This document shows, in pieces, positions 20,014 through 29,882 of a stretch of DNA of 64,000 nt (position 1 is the stretch's first letter; each line of letters begins with the position of its first letter). The stretch is from Synechococcus sp. GTDB lineage: Bacteria; Cyanobacteriota; Cyanobacteriia; PCC-6307; Cyanobiaceae. Made by a program: the position numbers and the translations under genes. Under the pieces are notes generated by a model, which saw only the letters and a program-made list of their open reading frames with translations, made no database searches and had not been told where the DNA came from. Location of the stretch: positions 576,001-640,000 of the forward strand of contig JBJBEO010000001.1 of the NCBI GenBank assembly GCA_047284725.1, written 5' to 3'.

Positions 20014-20218
20014 GCCTTTCGTTGCCATGCCGGTGCGCCATCCAGGACAGCTGTCAGCAGCCGCTGGTCTGGCGTTTCGCTGGGGCTGGTGCTGGGCTGG
20101 AACACGGGCAAGTAGGCGTCGCTACGGAATCGCAATCAAAGTCCAAAAGAAGTCCAAAGAGATCGACCAGTGACCTGTAGGCAGTTTTATAATTGACCCA
20201 GTCGTTGTCCGATTGGCG

Positions 20219-20452
20219 ATGGTTGACCCTGTGGTGGCAGTAGCTGATTCACTTCAGGCTCTTCGGAATGGAACCACTGATGACCAGTGGGACCACCTCA
20301 AGGCCAACCCCCTAGTGAGGGATCTGCTGGGGAAGTGCTCCGATCTTGAAGCCGCATTGCTGGTGGGGGATGCGCTCCATCACCATCAGCGCAATGCACA
20401 ACGCATTCCTCTGAAATCAGTTGTTGATGCTCATCTTCTTCTCGCTGCCTGA
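20219..20452 (+). CDS. Hypothetical protein
   Basis: 77-aa helical ORF preceded by a perfect TATAAT at 20188-20193. Confidence 0.55.
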   Translation: MVDPVVAVADSLQALRNGTTDDQWDHLKANPLVRDLLGKCSDLEAALLVGDALHHHQRNAQRIPLKSVVDAHLLLAA

Positions 20453-20490
20453 GGTGGTCTTGGGGTGTTGGAAAGACGCACACCCTTCCC

Positions 20491-21036
20491 TCACTCGACC
20501 AGTGAAAAGCGCTCAGGTATCACGTCGCCTGTGAATTGAGCGACCCACCCTTCCGCGTTGTCGAAGAAGCGGATGACGCACAAGTTCGGTTCACTTCCCA
20601 TGTCGAACCAGTGCTTGATTCCTGCTGGGATTGAGATCCAGTCGTTGGCTTCACAGAGGACCTGGACAACTTCGTCGCCGATGTGAAGGTAGAACAAGCC
20701 CTGCCCCTCCACGAAAAAGCGCACCTCATCGTCGGCATGGCTGTGTTCGCTCAGAAATTTGCGGCGCAGGCTGTCGCGGTCAGGGTGGTCTGGGGTGATC
20801 CGAATTGCATCCACGGTTCGGTAGTGGCCTGAGGCCTGCACCCGGGCCAGCTCATGCGCATAGGCCTGAAGGATCGACTCCTGGTCGGCCCCTTCGGCTA
20901 GGGGCTTGTCGGCAGCCCATTGCTGGAAGCTGATCCCCCTGATTGCCAGCATCTGCCGGATCACAGCGGGGTCCGAGGTTTTCACTTGTGGCGCTGCGGT
21001 GGGCTTGCAGGCGTTGTGGATCTGAAGCTCGCTCAT
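20491..21036 (-). CDS. mtnD: Acireductone dioxygenase (methionine salvage, cupin)
   Basis: KFLSEHSHADDEVRFFVEGQGLF, ISIPAGIKHWFDMG, IRFF..EGWVAQFTG. Confidence 0.92.
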   Translation of the reverse strand: MSELQIHNACKPTAAPQVKTSDPAVIRQMLAIRGISFQQWAADKPLAEGADQESILQAYAHELARVQASGHYRTVDAIRITPDHPDRDSLRRKFLSEHSHADDEVRFFVEGQGLFYLHIGDEVVQVLCEANDWISIPAGIKHWFDMGSEPNLCVIRFFDNAEGWVAQFTGDVIPERFSLVE

Positions 21037-21100
21037 GCCTGGGCTGAGGCAGTTCATCATTTTGGAGCCGCTTGGAGCCGCCTCGGTGTGGCCTAGAACG

Positions 21101-21883
21101 TTGCAAGTTGCAAACAGGTGTCTGAGCTCCACAGCCTCCTCCGCGCCGTCTCAGTCGGCGCCACTGGTCTTGATCGGTGTGGGCCCAGGTGATCCAGATC
21201 TGCTCACCCTGCGGGCCCATCGCTGCCTGGGTGCGGCCGATGTGGTGGCGTATCCGGTGGCCCATGCCGATGCCAAGGGGATGGCCGCCACCATTGCGGC
21301 CCCATTTCTGACGGCGGCCCAGCGGCATTTGCCGCTTGTCTTCCCGATGGTGAAGGATCCGGCGGTGTTGCAGGACGCCTGGAGGGCTGCAGCGGCTTGC
21401 TTGGCAAAGGAAGTGGAGCAGGGCCACCGCGTGGTGTTTCTCTGCGAAGGCGATGTGTCGTTGTTTGCCACCGGCAGTTACGTGCTGCTGGCTCTGCAGC
21501 GTCACCACCCCAAGGTGAAGGTGCAGGTCATTCCTGGCATCTCCTCGGTGGCTGCGGCGGCTGCCGCAGGTTCCTGGCCCCTCGCGTTTCAGAAGGAGGG
21601 GTTATTGATTCGCCCCTGCCCAGAGACGCCGGAGGCCATGGACGCCCTGTTGGCACTGGCAAAGGCCAGTGGAACCGTTCTGGCTCTCCTCAAGCTTGGT
21701 GTTCGCTGGCACTGGATTCAGCCTTTGCTGCAGGCCCGTGGTCTGTTGGATGATGCCTTGTTCGCCGAGAGAGTGGGCTGGCCAGATCAACGGGTGATGT
21801 CGGCGGCTGCCGTGCAGGCTGGGGAGCGACCCTATTTCTCGTTGCTGCTGGTCCGTCAGGGCACCAGTGCCGTTTTGCCGTAG
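21101..21883 (+). CDS. cobI: Precorrin-2 C20-methyltransferase
   Basis: IGVGPGDPDLLTLRA, LVFPM, FLCEGDVSLFAT, IPGISS, PYFSLLLVR. Start uncertain. Confidence 0.9.
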   Translation: MQVANRCLSSTASSAPSQSAPLVLIGVGPGDPDLLTLRAHRCLGAADVVAYPVAHADAKGMAATIAAPFLTAAQRHLPLVFPMVKDPAVLQDAWRAAAACLAKEVEQGHRVVFLCEGDVSLFATGSYVLLALQRHHPKVKVQVIPGISSVAAAAAAGSWPLAFQKEGLLIRPCPETPEAMDALLALAKASGTVLALLKLGVRWHWIQPLLQARGLLDDALFAERVGWPDQRVMSAAAVQAGERPYFSLLLVRQGTSAVLP

Positions 21884-21886
21884 GAG

Positions 21887-22528
21887 ATGACCGTGATCCT
21901 GCTTTCTGTGCCGTCCCTCAGCCTGATGCAGTGGCTGGGGCTTGTGCATCCGGTGCTGATCATTTTGTTCGTGTACCCGGTGGTGGGCGCCACGATCCGG
22001 CTGGGGATCCTGGCGCGCGAGCGGCGCCTGGATCTCAATCCGATTGCGCCCACCGTGCCAGTTGAGCATGCTGATCACGGCCGCTGGGTCACGGCTGTGA
22101 TGGTGGTGGCGGTGCTGATCGCCATGGCCCATAACGTGGCCACCGCGCCGGTGACTCTGGCTGCCCCTCGGATTGCCGGTTTTCTTGCGGCTGAGCTCGG
22201 TGTGATTGCCGCGTTGGTGGCACTGCTGCGTTCCAGGCGCACGGTCTTGCGCCTGGGTTGGGCGATCAGTACCTGGATCGGTTTGTTGCTGCTGGGATCG
22301 CAGCCGGAGGTGCATCGCGGTGCCGACTGGCCCTGGCAAGCCGCCTTCTGGCAATCCCATTACTGGGGCGGCATGGCTTTGTGCGCGTTGTTGCTGCTCT
22401 CCATGGGGCTGCAAGCGGAGATCGGCAGGCGACTGTCGATGCGGCGCCTCCATGTGGGCTTGAACCTGATGGTGGCGTTGTTGCTGGCGACCCAGGCGAT
22501 CAGTGGCACCCGCAACCTGATCAGCTGA
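21887..22528 (+). CDS. DUF4079 family membrane protein
   Basis: HPVL..YPVVG, EHADHGRW, QPEV, FWQSHYWGG, RRLH; paralog of 56888. Confidence 0.8.
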   Translation: MTVILLSVPSLSLMQWLGLVHPVLIILFVYPVVGATIRLGILARERRLDLNPIAPTVPVEHADHGRWVTAVMVVAVLIAMAHNVATAPVTLAAPRIAGFLAAELGVIAALVALLRSRRTVLRLGWAISTWIGLLLLGSQPEVHRGADWPWQAAFWQSHYWGGMALCALLLLSMGLQAEIGRRLSMRRLHVGLNLMVALLLATQAISGTRNLIS

Positions 22529-24533
22529 GCTTCTGTCGCATCAAGCTGCGTTGCAGCGGGCCTGGCGCGGCTGCCGGACGCACGATGCGGCTGAGCAACA
22601 CCAGCAGAGCTTTCCATTCCCCCTGGGCTTGACGATCGGGCCAGCACCCTGGGCGCCCGTAGAGCCAGCGGATCAACGCTTGTTTCCTTGGGTCGTTTGT
22701 GACCATTGGCCATCGCAGCGCCATGTGCTGGCCGCGGCGTTGGACCAGGCTGATCGGCATGGCCGGCACCTGTTGGCACCAGCTCAGGTCTTGACCCTTC
22801 AGGTCTTGAAGCTCAGAGCCTGGAAGCCTCAGTTCAACGCCCGACTCACTGATGGCGGTGATCGTGCAGGGGCGAGTCGAGCCGCTGGTGTCGCTGAGCC
22901 AAGCGGGGCAGTTGAGCTGCAGCCAGGGGGCAGGATCGGAGGCCGGTGGATCCCAGCAGGCCCGCAGCGCTATCAGCAGGCTGATCAGATTCACGCTGGC
23001 CCAGAGCAGACCAATCGGGCGGCCACTGACCGCCTGGGGGTCCAATGGGGCAGAGGGCATCAGAAGGCCCTGCAGGTTGATCAGGCTGATCACCGTCAGC
23101 CCCAACAGGGGCAGCACCAATGCAGCGCTGCAACTGCCGCGGTCGCGGCGCTGATGTTTCGGTGTGATGCGAAAGCCACTGCTTGATCGCCTCAGGAGCA
23201 GTCGCCAGCCTTGTTGCAGCACAGTGATGCTCAGAGGCACCGCCAGCACCCAGCTGGTGAGCTCACTGATCAGGGCCCCGCGGGAGCTGCGGTTCAGCCA
23301 GCCCACACCGAGTAGCAGTGTTCCCCAGAGCGGCAGCAACTGATCCCGGGCGTCTTGCCAGCTCATCAACACCGGCAGTGTGTGCAGCAGCCCATAGCTG
23401 AGGGGCATCAGCAACAACGCCATCCGGATCAGCATGTTGAGCCAATGCGCCGCGCCCTCCAGATAGGCGATGCGTTGGCCGAGGTTGAGATTGGGACTGC
23501 GCAGGGGGCCCTGCTTCAGCCCCAGGCTTTGCAAGGTGCCTTCAGCCCAGCGTTGTCGCTGACGCACGAAATCAGTCATCGTTTCTGCTGCCAGGCCAGC
23601 ACTGAGCTTTTCCTGCAGGTAGATCAGCCTCCAGCCTTGGGCGTTGAGGGCGATCCCGGTGACGAGGTCCTCTGAAATCGCATTCCCGACAAATCCACCC
23701 ACGCTCTCGAGGGCTGATCGGCGGGCCACAAACGACGTGCCAGCGCAGACCACGGCGCCCCACCCATCACGCACGGGCTGAATCCAGCGATAGAAGCTTT
23801 CTTCATCGGAGAGAAGCCACGGTTCCATCCCCAGATTGCGCATCACCGGATCTGCATTGAGGAAGCATTGCGGCGTCTGCACCAGGGCCACATCCGGTTC
23901 GCTCAGAAATCCGATGCAGCGGCGGAGAAAGTCCTTTTGGGGAATGAAGTCAGCATCCAGTACTGCCACCAGTTCCCCTCGGCCATACCTGAGCCCGTGG
24001 TTGAGGTTGCCGGCTTTGGCCTGCACCCGTTCCGGTCGGTGCAGATACCGGCAGCCCAGGCGGAGTGCCAGTTGCCGCACATCCGCGCGGCCGCTGTCAT
24101 CCAACACCCAGACCTGGGTGTGGGCATAGCTCTGCTGCCTGCATCCGATCAGGGTGCGTTCCAGCACGGCCAGCGGTTCGCCGCAGGTGGGCACGTAGAG
24201 GTCCACCTTGGGTCGCCAGTGACTGGCTAGCCAGCGTTGTTCCACGGCATCCATTTGGTCGCGGCGATCCGGAAACCGTTTCCATGCCAGCCCGATGGCG
24301 ATCAGGCCCGTGAGCAGCAGCCAGCTTTCGGTCAGCAGCAGCCCCAGGCTGAGACCGCTGGAGAGAGGCGTGCTGAGGTTGAGGCTGTCAGTGACGCGCC
24401 AGCACAGATAGCGCAGGGTCAGCAGGCTGATGAGCAGGATCAGGCTGCGGCGCGCCCATAAAGGACTCTCGTGTTCTGGGCGTCGCCGGAGCCAGAGGGG
24501 CAACATCAGTGCCAGCAGGGCCCACCAGCTCAT
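22521..24533 (-). CDS. Cellulose synthase-like processive glycosyltransferase (GT2, BcsA-like)
   Basis: LDDS, AKAGNLN, DAD, VQTPQ, SED, QRQRW; multiple TM helices; C-terminal PilZ-like region. Confidence 0.88.
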   Translation of the reverse strand: MSWWALLALMLPLWLRRRPEHESPLWARRSLILLISLLTLRYLCWRVTDSLNLSTPLSSGLSLGLLLTESWLLLTGLIAIGLAWKRFPDRRDQMDAVEQRWLASHWRPKVDLYVPTCGEPLAVLERTLIGCRQQSYAHTQVWVLDDSGRADVRQLALRLGCRYLHRPERVQAKAGNLNHGLRYGRGELVAVLDADFIPQKDFLRRCIGFLSEPDVALVQTPQCFLNADPVMRNLGMEPWLLSDEESFYRWIQPVRDGWGAVVCAGTSFVARRSALESVGGFVGNAISEDLVTGIALNAQGWRLIYLQEKLSAGLAAETMTDFVRQRQRWAEGTLQSLGLKQGPLRSPNLNLGQRIAYLEGAAHWLNMLIRMALLLMPLSYGLLHTLPVLMSWQDARDQLLPLWGTLLLGVGWLNRSSRGALISELTSWVLAVPLSITVLQQGWRLLLRRSSSGFRITPKHQRRDRGSCSAALVLPLLGLTVISLINLQGLLMPSAPLDPQAVSGRPIGLLWASVNLISLLIALRACWDPPASDPAPWLQLNCPAWLSDTSGSTRPCTITAISESGVELRLPGSELQDLKGQDLSWCQQVPAMPISLVQRRGQHMALRWPMVTNDPRKQALIRWLYGRPGCWPDRQAQGEWKALLVLLSRIVRPAAAPGPLQRSLMRQKLS

Positions 24534-25549
24534 CCCAGTTGTTGCAACTGGCCATCCAGCAGGTCCAGTGCGTCCTGAGGGCTGGGGGCGCGCATCAGGG
24601 CATGGCGTAACTGGGGAGCTCCAGGGAAGCCAGTGCAGGTCCAGCTCATGTGTTTTCGGGCAATCAACAGCCCGTGATCCCCGCGGTCGGCCACTAGGGC
24701 GACCAACTGCTCGCGGGCGATTGTCAGGCGTTCGGCCGCTCCAGGCGTGGTGGGAATTGGTCGGCCCGAAAGCGCGGAATCAATCTGGCCCACCAGCCAG
24801 GGGGAGCCCATCGTGCCCCGGCCGACCATCACTCCATCGGCCCCTGTCTCTGCGAGGCAGCGCAGGGCGTCATCCGGTGTGTTGACGTCGCCGTTGGCGA
24901 TCACTGGAATCGTGAGGGCGTTCTTGACGGCGGCGATCGCCTGCCAGTCGGCACGACCACTGAACTTCTGTTCCCGGGTGCGGCCATGCAGCGTGAGCAG
25001 GCGAGCACCGGCCCTTTCCAGCTGTTGGCACCACTGCACGGCATCGGCGGTCGATCCATCGCTGCCACACCAGCCCAGGCGGGTCTTCACGGTCACAGGA
25101 ATGGCAACGGCTGCGGCCACCGTGTCCACGATCCGTGCGGCCAGGTCTGGCTCACGGATCAGACCGCTGCCCCCGCCTTTTTTGGCGATTTTTTTGACCG
25201 GGCATCCCATGTTGATGTCGATCAGGAAGGCTCCCGATGCTTCAGCTCGACGAGCGGCTTCCGCCATGGCCTGGGGCCGGTGATCAAACAGCTGCACCCC
25301 GATGGGGCCGGCTTCCTGGGTCAGCTCCTCCACCTTGCGGCGTCCATGGCCGAGCTCAAGGCTGGTGGCATTCACCATTTCGGTGAACAGCAGAGCATCG
25401 GGTGCCCACCGGCGCACCAAGTGGCGGAAGATGCGGTCGCTGACTCCGGCCAGCGGAGACTGGAGAACCCGGCAACGCAGCTGCCGCTCGCTCCGACTCC
25501 CCTTCAGGGCAAGGGGAGTGACGAACCGTTCGATGGCGGCTGGCGTCAT
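24530..25549 (-). CDS. dusB: tRNA-dihydrouridine synthase
   Basis: SPLAGVSD, DINMGCP, KTRLGW, LHGRT, ANGDV, VMVGRG. Confidence 0.93.
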   Translation of the reverse strand: MTPAAIERFVTPLALKGSRSERQLRCRVLQSPLAGVSDRIFRHLVRRWAPDALLFTEMVNATSLELGHGRRKVEELTQEAGPIGVQLFDHRPQAMAEAARRAEASGAFLIDINMGCPVKKIAKKGGGSGLIREPDLAARIVDTVAAAVAIPVTVKTRLGWCGSDGSTADAVQWCQQLERAGARLLTLHGRTREQKFSGRADWQAIAAVKNALTIPVIANGDVNTPDDALRCLAETGADGVMVGRGTMGSPWLVGQIDSALSGRPIPTTPGAAERLTIAREQLVALVADRGDHGLLIARKHMSWTCTGFPGAPQLRHALMRAPSPQDALDLLDGQLQQLG

Positions 25550-25606
25550 GGCTGCCTCCTGGAGCAATCATTCTCCCTTGCGATCCCAGGCGTTCGCGAT
25601 CGGGAT

Positions 25607-26188
25607 TCAGGCCGCCGAACGTCGGTTGTCGCGTTCCCGTTGTGCCCGGCTCACCTGGCTTTCGATGGCATTGCGTAGCCAGGCCGACACTGACCAGTCG
25701 CCAGCCTTGGCGAGCCGTTCCACCTCCTGCATGAGATCCACAGGCAGTGAAAGGGGCACCGTCTGGATGCTGTGGGGGCTGGCGGGCCTGTTTTTGCCTG
25801 CGGGGGCATCGATCAGCAACAACTGCACCTTGAGGACTTCCAGTCGCGTGCCTGGCCTGGATCCGCCTCGCTGCACCTGGCGCAGCGACAGTCGCACGGG
25901 TTGGCCGGTGTGGATCTGCTGGCGGCTGCGGCGTGGCAGCGGTTCATCGCGCCGATCGCAGAACAGCGGCTGACTGCGCTGAGAGCTGGTGCTGTAGGTG
26001 AAGGTCACCAGGCCGTCGCGATCCCAGGGCAATGGAGCCAGGGCTGCAGCCTCTTTGCCCATCCACCTGCGCTGGTTCTTGCGCACTTTGCGTTGCAGGT
26101 CAGGCGGCAGCGGAAAGACCAGCCGCTGCAGAGAGCTTTCCTTCGTAACGCGAGTCCCTGAGGAGAGGGTGGTGTCAACGACATACAT
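25607..26188 (-). CDS. Hypothetical protein with C-terminal ribbon-helix-helix (CopG-like) domain
   Basis: VPLSLPVDLMQEVERLAKAGDWSVSAWLRNAIE fits the RHH pattern. Confidence 0.6.
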   Translation of the reverse strand: MYVVDTTLSSGTRVTKESSLQRLVFPLPPDLQRKVRKNQRRWMGKEAAALAPLPWDRDGLVTFTYSTSSQRSQPLFCDRRDEPLPRRSRQQIHTGQPVRLSLRQVQRGGSRPGTRLEVLKVQLLLIDAPAGKNRPASPHSIQTVPLSLPVDLMQEVERLAKAGDWSVSAWLRNAIESQVSRAQRERDNRRSAA

Positions 26189-26249
26189 GCCCCGAATTTA
26201 TCGGGTGGGTTTGTGGGCTGTCTGTCGCCTGGATGCATGAAACGATGAG

Positions 26250-26735
26250 GTGCCTCGCCCTGAAGCTCAGGTGCCTCTTTGGCTTCTCAGTCGTGCTCTG
26301 CTGCAGCAGATCCTTGAGGACCGCACCAGTGATCGTTTCGTGGCGGAACGCATCTGGGAGCGGCTCGGCTATCAGCGCCCATCGGGGAGCGAAGGCGGTG
26401 GCCCATGGCTTGCCGGCCCAGACACCCCCGAAAGTTGGCGTGAGGCTTTTCCCGAGGGGCCGGAGGTGATTGCCACCCGTCCTGCGTCGGTGGCCCTGAC
26501 CCGTTCAGTGCCGAAGCCCCTGAAGCAACTGCTGAAGGAGCAGATGGGCTTCAAGGGTTACAAGATCGGTGAGCTCTATCCCCGACGAACCCGCCGAGCC
26601 ACGGCGGTCAACTGGTTGCTCGCTTGGTTGGTGGAGGCAGGTGAGCCCCTCCTTGAGGAGGGGCCCCTTCCTCCACGGCTTGAGCCCCCAGCTGACCCTG
26701 TGGGTGGTCATCCCGGCGATCTGCCCGTGAGCTGA
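26250..26735 (+). CDS. DUF1823 family protein
   Basis: SDRFVAERIWERLGY, RPASVALTRSVPK..KQLLKEQMGFKGYKIGELYPRRTRRATAVNWL. Confidence 0.85.
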   Translation: MPRPEAQVPLWLLSRALLQQILEDRTSDRFVAERIWERLGYQRPSGSEGGGPWLAGPDTPESWREAFPEGPEVIATRPASVALTRSVPKPLKQLLKEQMGFKGYKIGELYPRRTRRATAVNWLLAWLVEAGEPLLEEGPLPPRLEPPADPVGGHPGDLPVS

Positions 26736-26771
26736 GTCCAAGGGCGTGTGGCGCCGCGATGGAGTCGTTGT

Positions 26772-27155
26772 TCAGACCTGGATCAGCACTTTGGTTCCCT
26801 TCTGGGTGTTTTCGAACAGCCAACGGGCTTCGGCGGTGGGCATGCGCACGCAGCCGTTGCTGCGGGGAACGCCAAAGGCCTGCCCTGCATCTTCCTGCCA
26901 GGGGGCACCGTGCAGGCAGATCATTTCGTTGGCGGTGATGCACATGGCATAGGGAACGCCAGGGGCGACATAGTTACGGCCGCGCATCGTCACCGATCGG
27001 TATTTGGTCAGCACTGACCCCAGTCCTGTCGGCGTGGGTGTGGCGGCTTTGCCGGTGCTGACTGGGATGATCCGCACCACTTGTTCCTGGCTGTCATACA
27101 CCGTCAGTTTCTGGTCGGAGAGATCCACCACCAGCGAAGCGATCAATTCGATCAT
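26772..27155 (-). CDS. L,D-transpeptidase (YkuD) family protein
   Basis: VVDLSDQKL, PVSTGK..TPTG, LHGAPW...GVPRSNGCVRM. Confidence 0.9.
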   Translation of the reverse strand: MIELIASLVVDLSDQKLTVYDSQEQVVRIIPVSTGKAATPTPTGLGSVLTKYRSVTMRGRNYVAPGVPYAMCITANEMICLHGAPWQEDAGQAFGVPRSNGCVRMPTAEARWLFENTQKGTKVLIQV

Positions 27156-27291
27156 GGGAAGACCCGCCGCGGAGGCGGAGTGAACTCTCCGACCCATAGC
27201 TGTCTCTTTTGGTTCTCATGCGTCTCAATTGGAAAGGTTTTGTTTTTCGCGCCTCTGTAGTGTCAAAAACATCTGTTCTCGTGGTATCGCC

Positions 27292-28659
27292 GTGGCGCGT
27301 CCGGTCGTAGCCATCATCGGACGCCCCAACGTCGGTAAGTCCACGCTGGTCAATCGCCTCTGCCGCAGCAGGGAGGCCATCGTTCACGACGAACCCGGGG
27401 TGACCCGAGACCGCACCTACCAGGATGGCTATTGGGGCGACCGCGACTTCAAGGTGGTCGACACCGGCGGCTTGGTGTTCGACGACGACAGCGAGTTTTT
27501 GCCTGAGATCCGTGAGCAGGCCAATCTGGCGATGGCTGAGGCCTGTGTCGCGTTGGTGATCGTCGATGGCCAGCAGGGCATGACGGCAGCCGATGAGTCG
27601 ATTGCGGAATGGTTGCGCACCCAGAACTGCCCCACGCTCCTGGCGGTCAACAAATGCGAGTCGCCCGATCAGGGTCTGGCGATGGCAGCGGAGTTCTGGA
27701 GTTTGGGGCTGGGCGAGCCCCACCCGATCTCCGCCATTCATGGTGCTGGCACGGGTGATCTGCTCGATCAGGTGCTCACCTTCCTTCCTCCGAAGAATGA
27801 ACAAGGAGATGAGGATGAGCCGATTCAGATGGCGATCGTTGGACGCCCCAATGTGGGCAAATCCAGCCTGCTCAATGCCATCTGCGGCGAGCAACGGGCG
27901 ATTGTCAGCCCGATCCGCGGCACCACCCGCGACACGATTGACACCAGCATCGAGCGCCAGGGCATGCCCTGGAAGCTGGTGGACACCGCTGGAATTCGCC
28001 GTCGCCGCAGCGTCAACTACGGCCCGGAATTCTTTGGCATCAACCGCAGTTTCAAAGCGATTGAGCGCAGCGATGTCTGCGTGCTGGTCATTGATGCTCT
28101 TGATGGCGTGACCGAGCAGGATCAGCGCCTCGCCGGACGGATTGAAGACGAGGGTCGTGCCTGCGTGGTGGTGGTCAACAAATGGGATGCCGTCGAGAAA
28201 GACAGCCACACCATGCCGGCGATGGAGAAGGAGCTGCGCGCCAAGCTCTATTTCCTCGATTGGGCGCCGATGTTGTTCACCTCGGCTCTCACGGGGCAAC
28301 GGGTCGACAGCATCTTTGCCCTGGCCGCGCTGGCGGTGGAGCAGCATCGCCGCAGGGTGAGCACATCAGTGGTGAACGAAGTGCTGAAGGAGGCCCTCAG
28401 CTGGCGCAGCCCGCCGACGACCCGCGGCGGGCGCCAAGGACGCTTGTATTACGGCACTCAGGTGGCGAGCCGTCCCCCCAGTTTCACGCTGTTTGTCAAC
28501 GACCCCAAGTTGTTCGGTGATACCTACCGTCGCTATGTGGAACGGCAAATCCGTGAAGGTCTTGGTTATGAGGGCACTCCCTTGAAATTGTTCTGGCGCG
28601 GTAAGCAGCAGCGCGATGCCGAGCGTGATCTCGCCCGTCAGCAGACCCGCTCCAGCTGA
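27292..28659 (+). CDS. der: Ribosome biogenesis GTPase Der/EngA
   Basis: Two tandem G domains (GRPNVGKS twice; DTGG/DTAG; NKCE/NKWD). Confidence 0.97.
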   Translation: MARPVVAIIGRPNVGKSTLVNRLCRSREAIVHDEPGVTRDRTYQDGYWGDRDFKVVDTGGLVFDDDSEFLPEIREQANLAMAEACVALVIVDGQQGMTAADESIAEWLRTQNCPTLLAVNKCESPDQGLAMAAEFWSLGLGEPHPISAIHGAGTGDLLDQVLTFLPPKNEQGDEDEPIQMAIVGRPNVGKSSLLNAICGEQRAIVSPIRGTTRDTIDTSIERQGMPWKLVDTAGIRRRRSVNYGPEFFGINRSFKAIERSDVCVLVIDALDGVTEQDQRLAGRIEDEGRACVVVVNKWDAVEKDSHTMPAMEKELRAKLYFLDWAPMLFTSALTGQRVDSIFALAALAVEQHRRRVSTSVVNEVLKEALSWRSPPTTRGGRQGRLYYGTQVASRPPSFTLFVNDPKLFGDTYRRYVERQIREGLGYEGTPLKLFWRGKQQRDAERDLARQQTRSS

Positions 28660-28662
28660 CGC

Positions 28663-29577
28663 ATGGATTGGTTGCGCCAGATCCCCATCGGTCAGTACGT
28701 CGATGCCAAAGCGGGCTGGCTTCGCTGGATGGACCCCCGCCTCAAGCTTGGCTGGGTGCTGATGTTCCTGCTCACGCCCGTGTTGGCCGGACCGATCTGG
28801 CGTGTGTCTCTGTTGCTGCTGTTGCTCCTGTTCACGTTCTGCAGTGGGGTGCCCTTCCGAGTGTGGTGGCGTTCGCTTGGGGTGCTGGTGCTGCTGGCGG
28901 GTGTCGCTGGCCTTCTTGCGACGTTGCTGCCCACTGGTGATGCACCGGCTTTGCTGTCCGTGCGTCCTTCGCAGGAGTTGACTGCCACCGTGCCAGATGC
29001 TCCGGCCTGGGAGGTGCTGCGTCTGGGCCCGCTGCACGTGGGGAGTTTCCGTCTGGGCCCCCTGGTGGTGAATCGTCGTTCCGCCGCACTGGGTCTTAAC
29101 AGCGCCACCTTGATTCTCACGGTGGTGCACAGCGTCAACCTGATGCTGCTAACAACCCCAAGTGAAGATCTGGTCTGGGCGCTCAGTTGGTTCCTTGCAC
29201 CTCTGGCGGCCCTCGGACTTCCCGTGGATCGGCTCAGCTTTCAGTTGCTGTTGGCCCTGCGCTTTTTGCCTCTGGTGCAGGAAGAGCTGCAAAACCTATT
29301 GCGGTCGTTGGCAAGCCGAGCAGTGAATCTCAAGCGCCTCGGCTTCAAGGCTTCCTTTGGCTTGGTGCTGGCGGTTGGTGAGCGTCTTCTGGCCAACATT
29401 CTGCTGCGAGCCGAGCAGGGGGCGGAAGCGCTGATGGCGCGAGGAGGGCAATGGTTGCCATCCGAACATTTTCGGCCGAGTCATGTTGCTGCAACTGGTT
29501 TTAAGCCTCAGAACTGGCTTGGGGGGTTGCTGTTGCTGGGGATGGTTGTGATGCGCGGGAAGTACGGTTCTCTTTAA
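28663..29577 (+). CDS. ECF transporter transmembrane component (EcfT/CbiQ family)
   Basis: IPIGQYV, DPRLKL, LTTPSEDL, LALRFLP, ARG motif. Confidence 0.85.
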   Translation: MDWLRQIPIGQYVDAKAGWLRWMDPRLKLGWVLMFLLTPVLAGPIWRVSLLLLLLLFTFCSGVPFRVWWRSLGVLVLLAGVAGLLATLLPTGDAPALLSVRPSQELTATVPDAPAWEVLRLGPLHVGSFRLGPLVVNRRSAALGLNSATLILTVVHSVNLMLLTTPSEDLVWALSWFLAPLAALGLPVDRLSFQLLLALRFLPLVQEELQNLLRSLASRAVNLKRLGFKASFGLVLAVGERLLANILLRAEQGAEALMARGGQWLPSEHFRPSHVAATGFKPQNWLGGLLLLGMVVMRGKYGSL

Positions 29578-29598
29578 TTCACTGCGATTTTGGGATCT

Positions 29599-29865
29599 GT
29601 GGGAGCCGAGCGTTATCTCAATCACCCCACCTTCGGCATGCTTTACCGCGTTGCACCCGCTGGTGAAGGACGAGATGTGTACGCCACGCTCTATGCCCAG
29701 CGCATGTTTTTCCTGGTCACTTTGCAGCCCCGAGGGGCTCAGTTCGAGGTGATTCCGTTTCAGGATGCTCGCCATCACGCTGAAATCAATCTGGCCCGCA
29801 GTCGCCGTGATGGTCAGGAGGAATATGAGCGTTGGAAAGGGTTGTTTGACCAGACCTTCATCTGA
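29599..29865 (+). CDS. pipX: PII/NtcA-interacting protein X
   Basis: ERYLNHPTFGMLY...YATLYAQRMFFLV...FDQTF. Confidence 0.93.
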   Translation: MGAERYLNHPTFGMLYRVAPAGEGRDVYATLYAQRMFFLVTLQPRGAQFEVIPFQDARHHAEINLARSRRDGQEEYERWKGLFDQTFI

Positions 29866-29882
29866 ATCCCGGGGCTGAGGTC

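Noticed and set aside
27257..27270. GTA-N8-AAC, an NtcA-box-like sequence between the L,D-transpeptidase gene and der
   Set aside because: It mismatches the TAC half-site and I saw no correctly spaced -10 box; could be chance.
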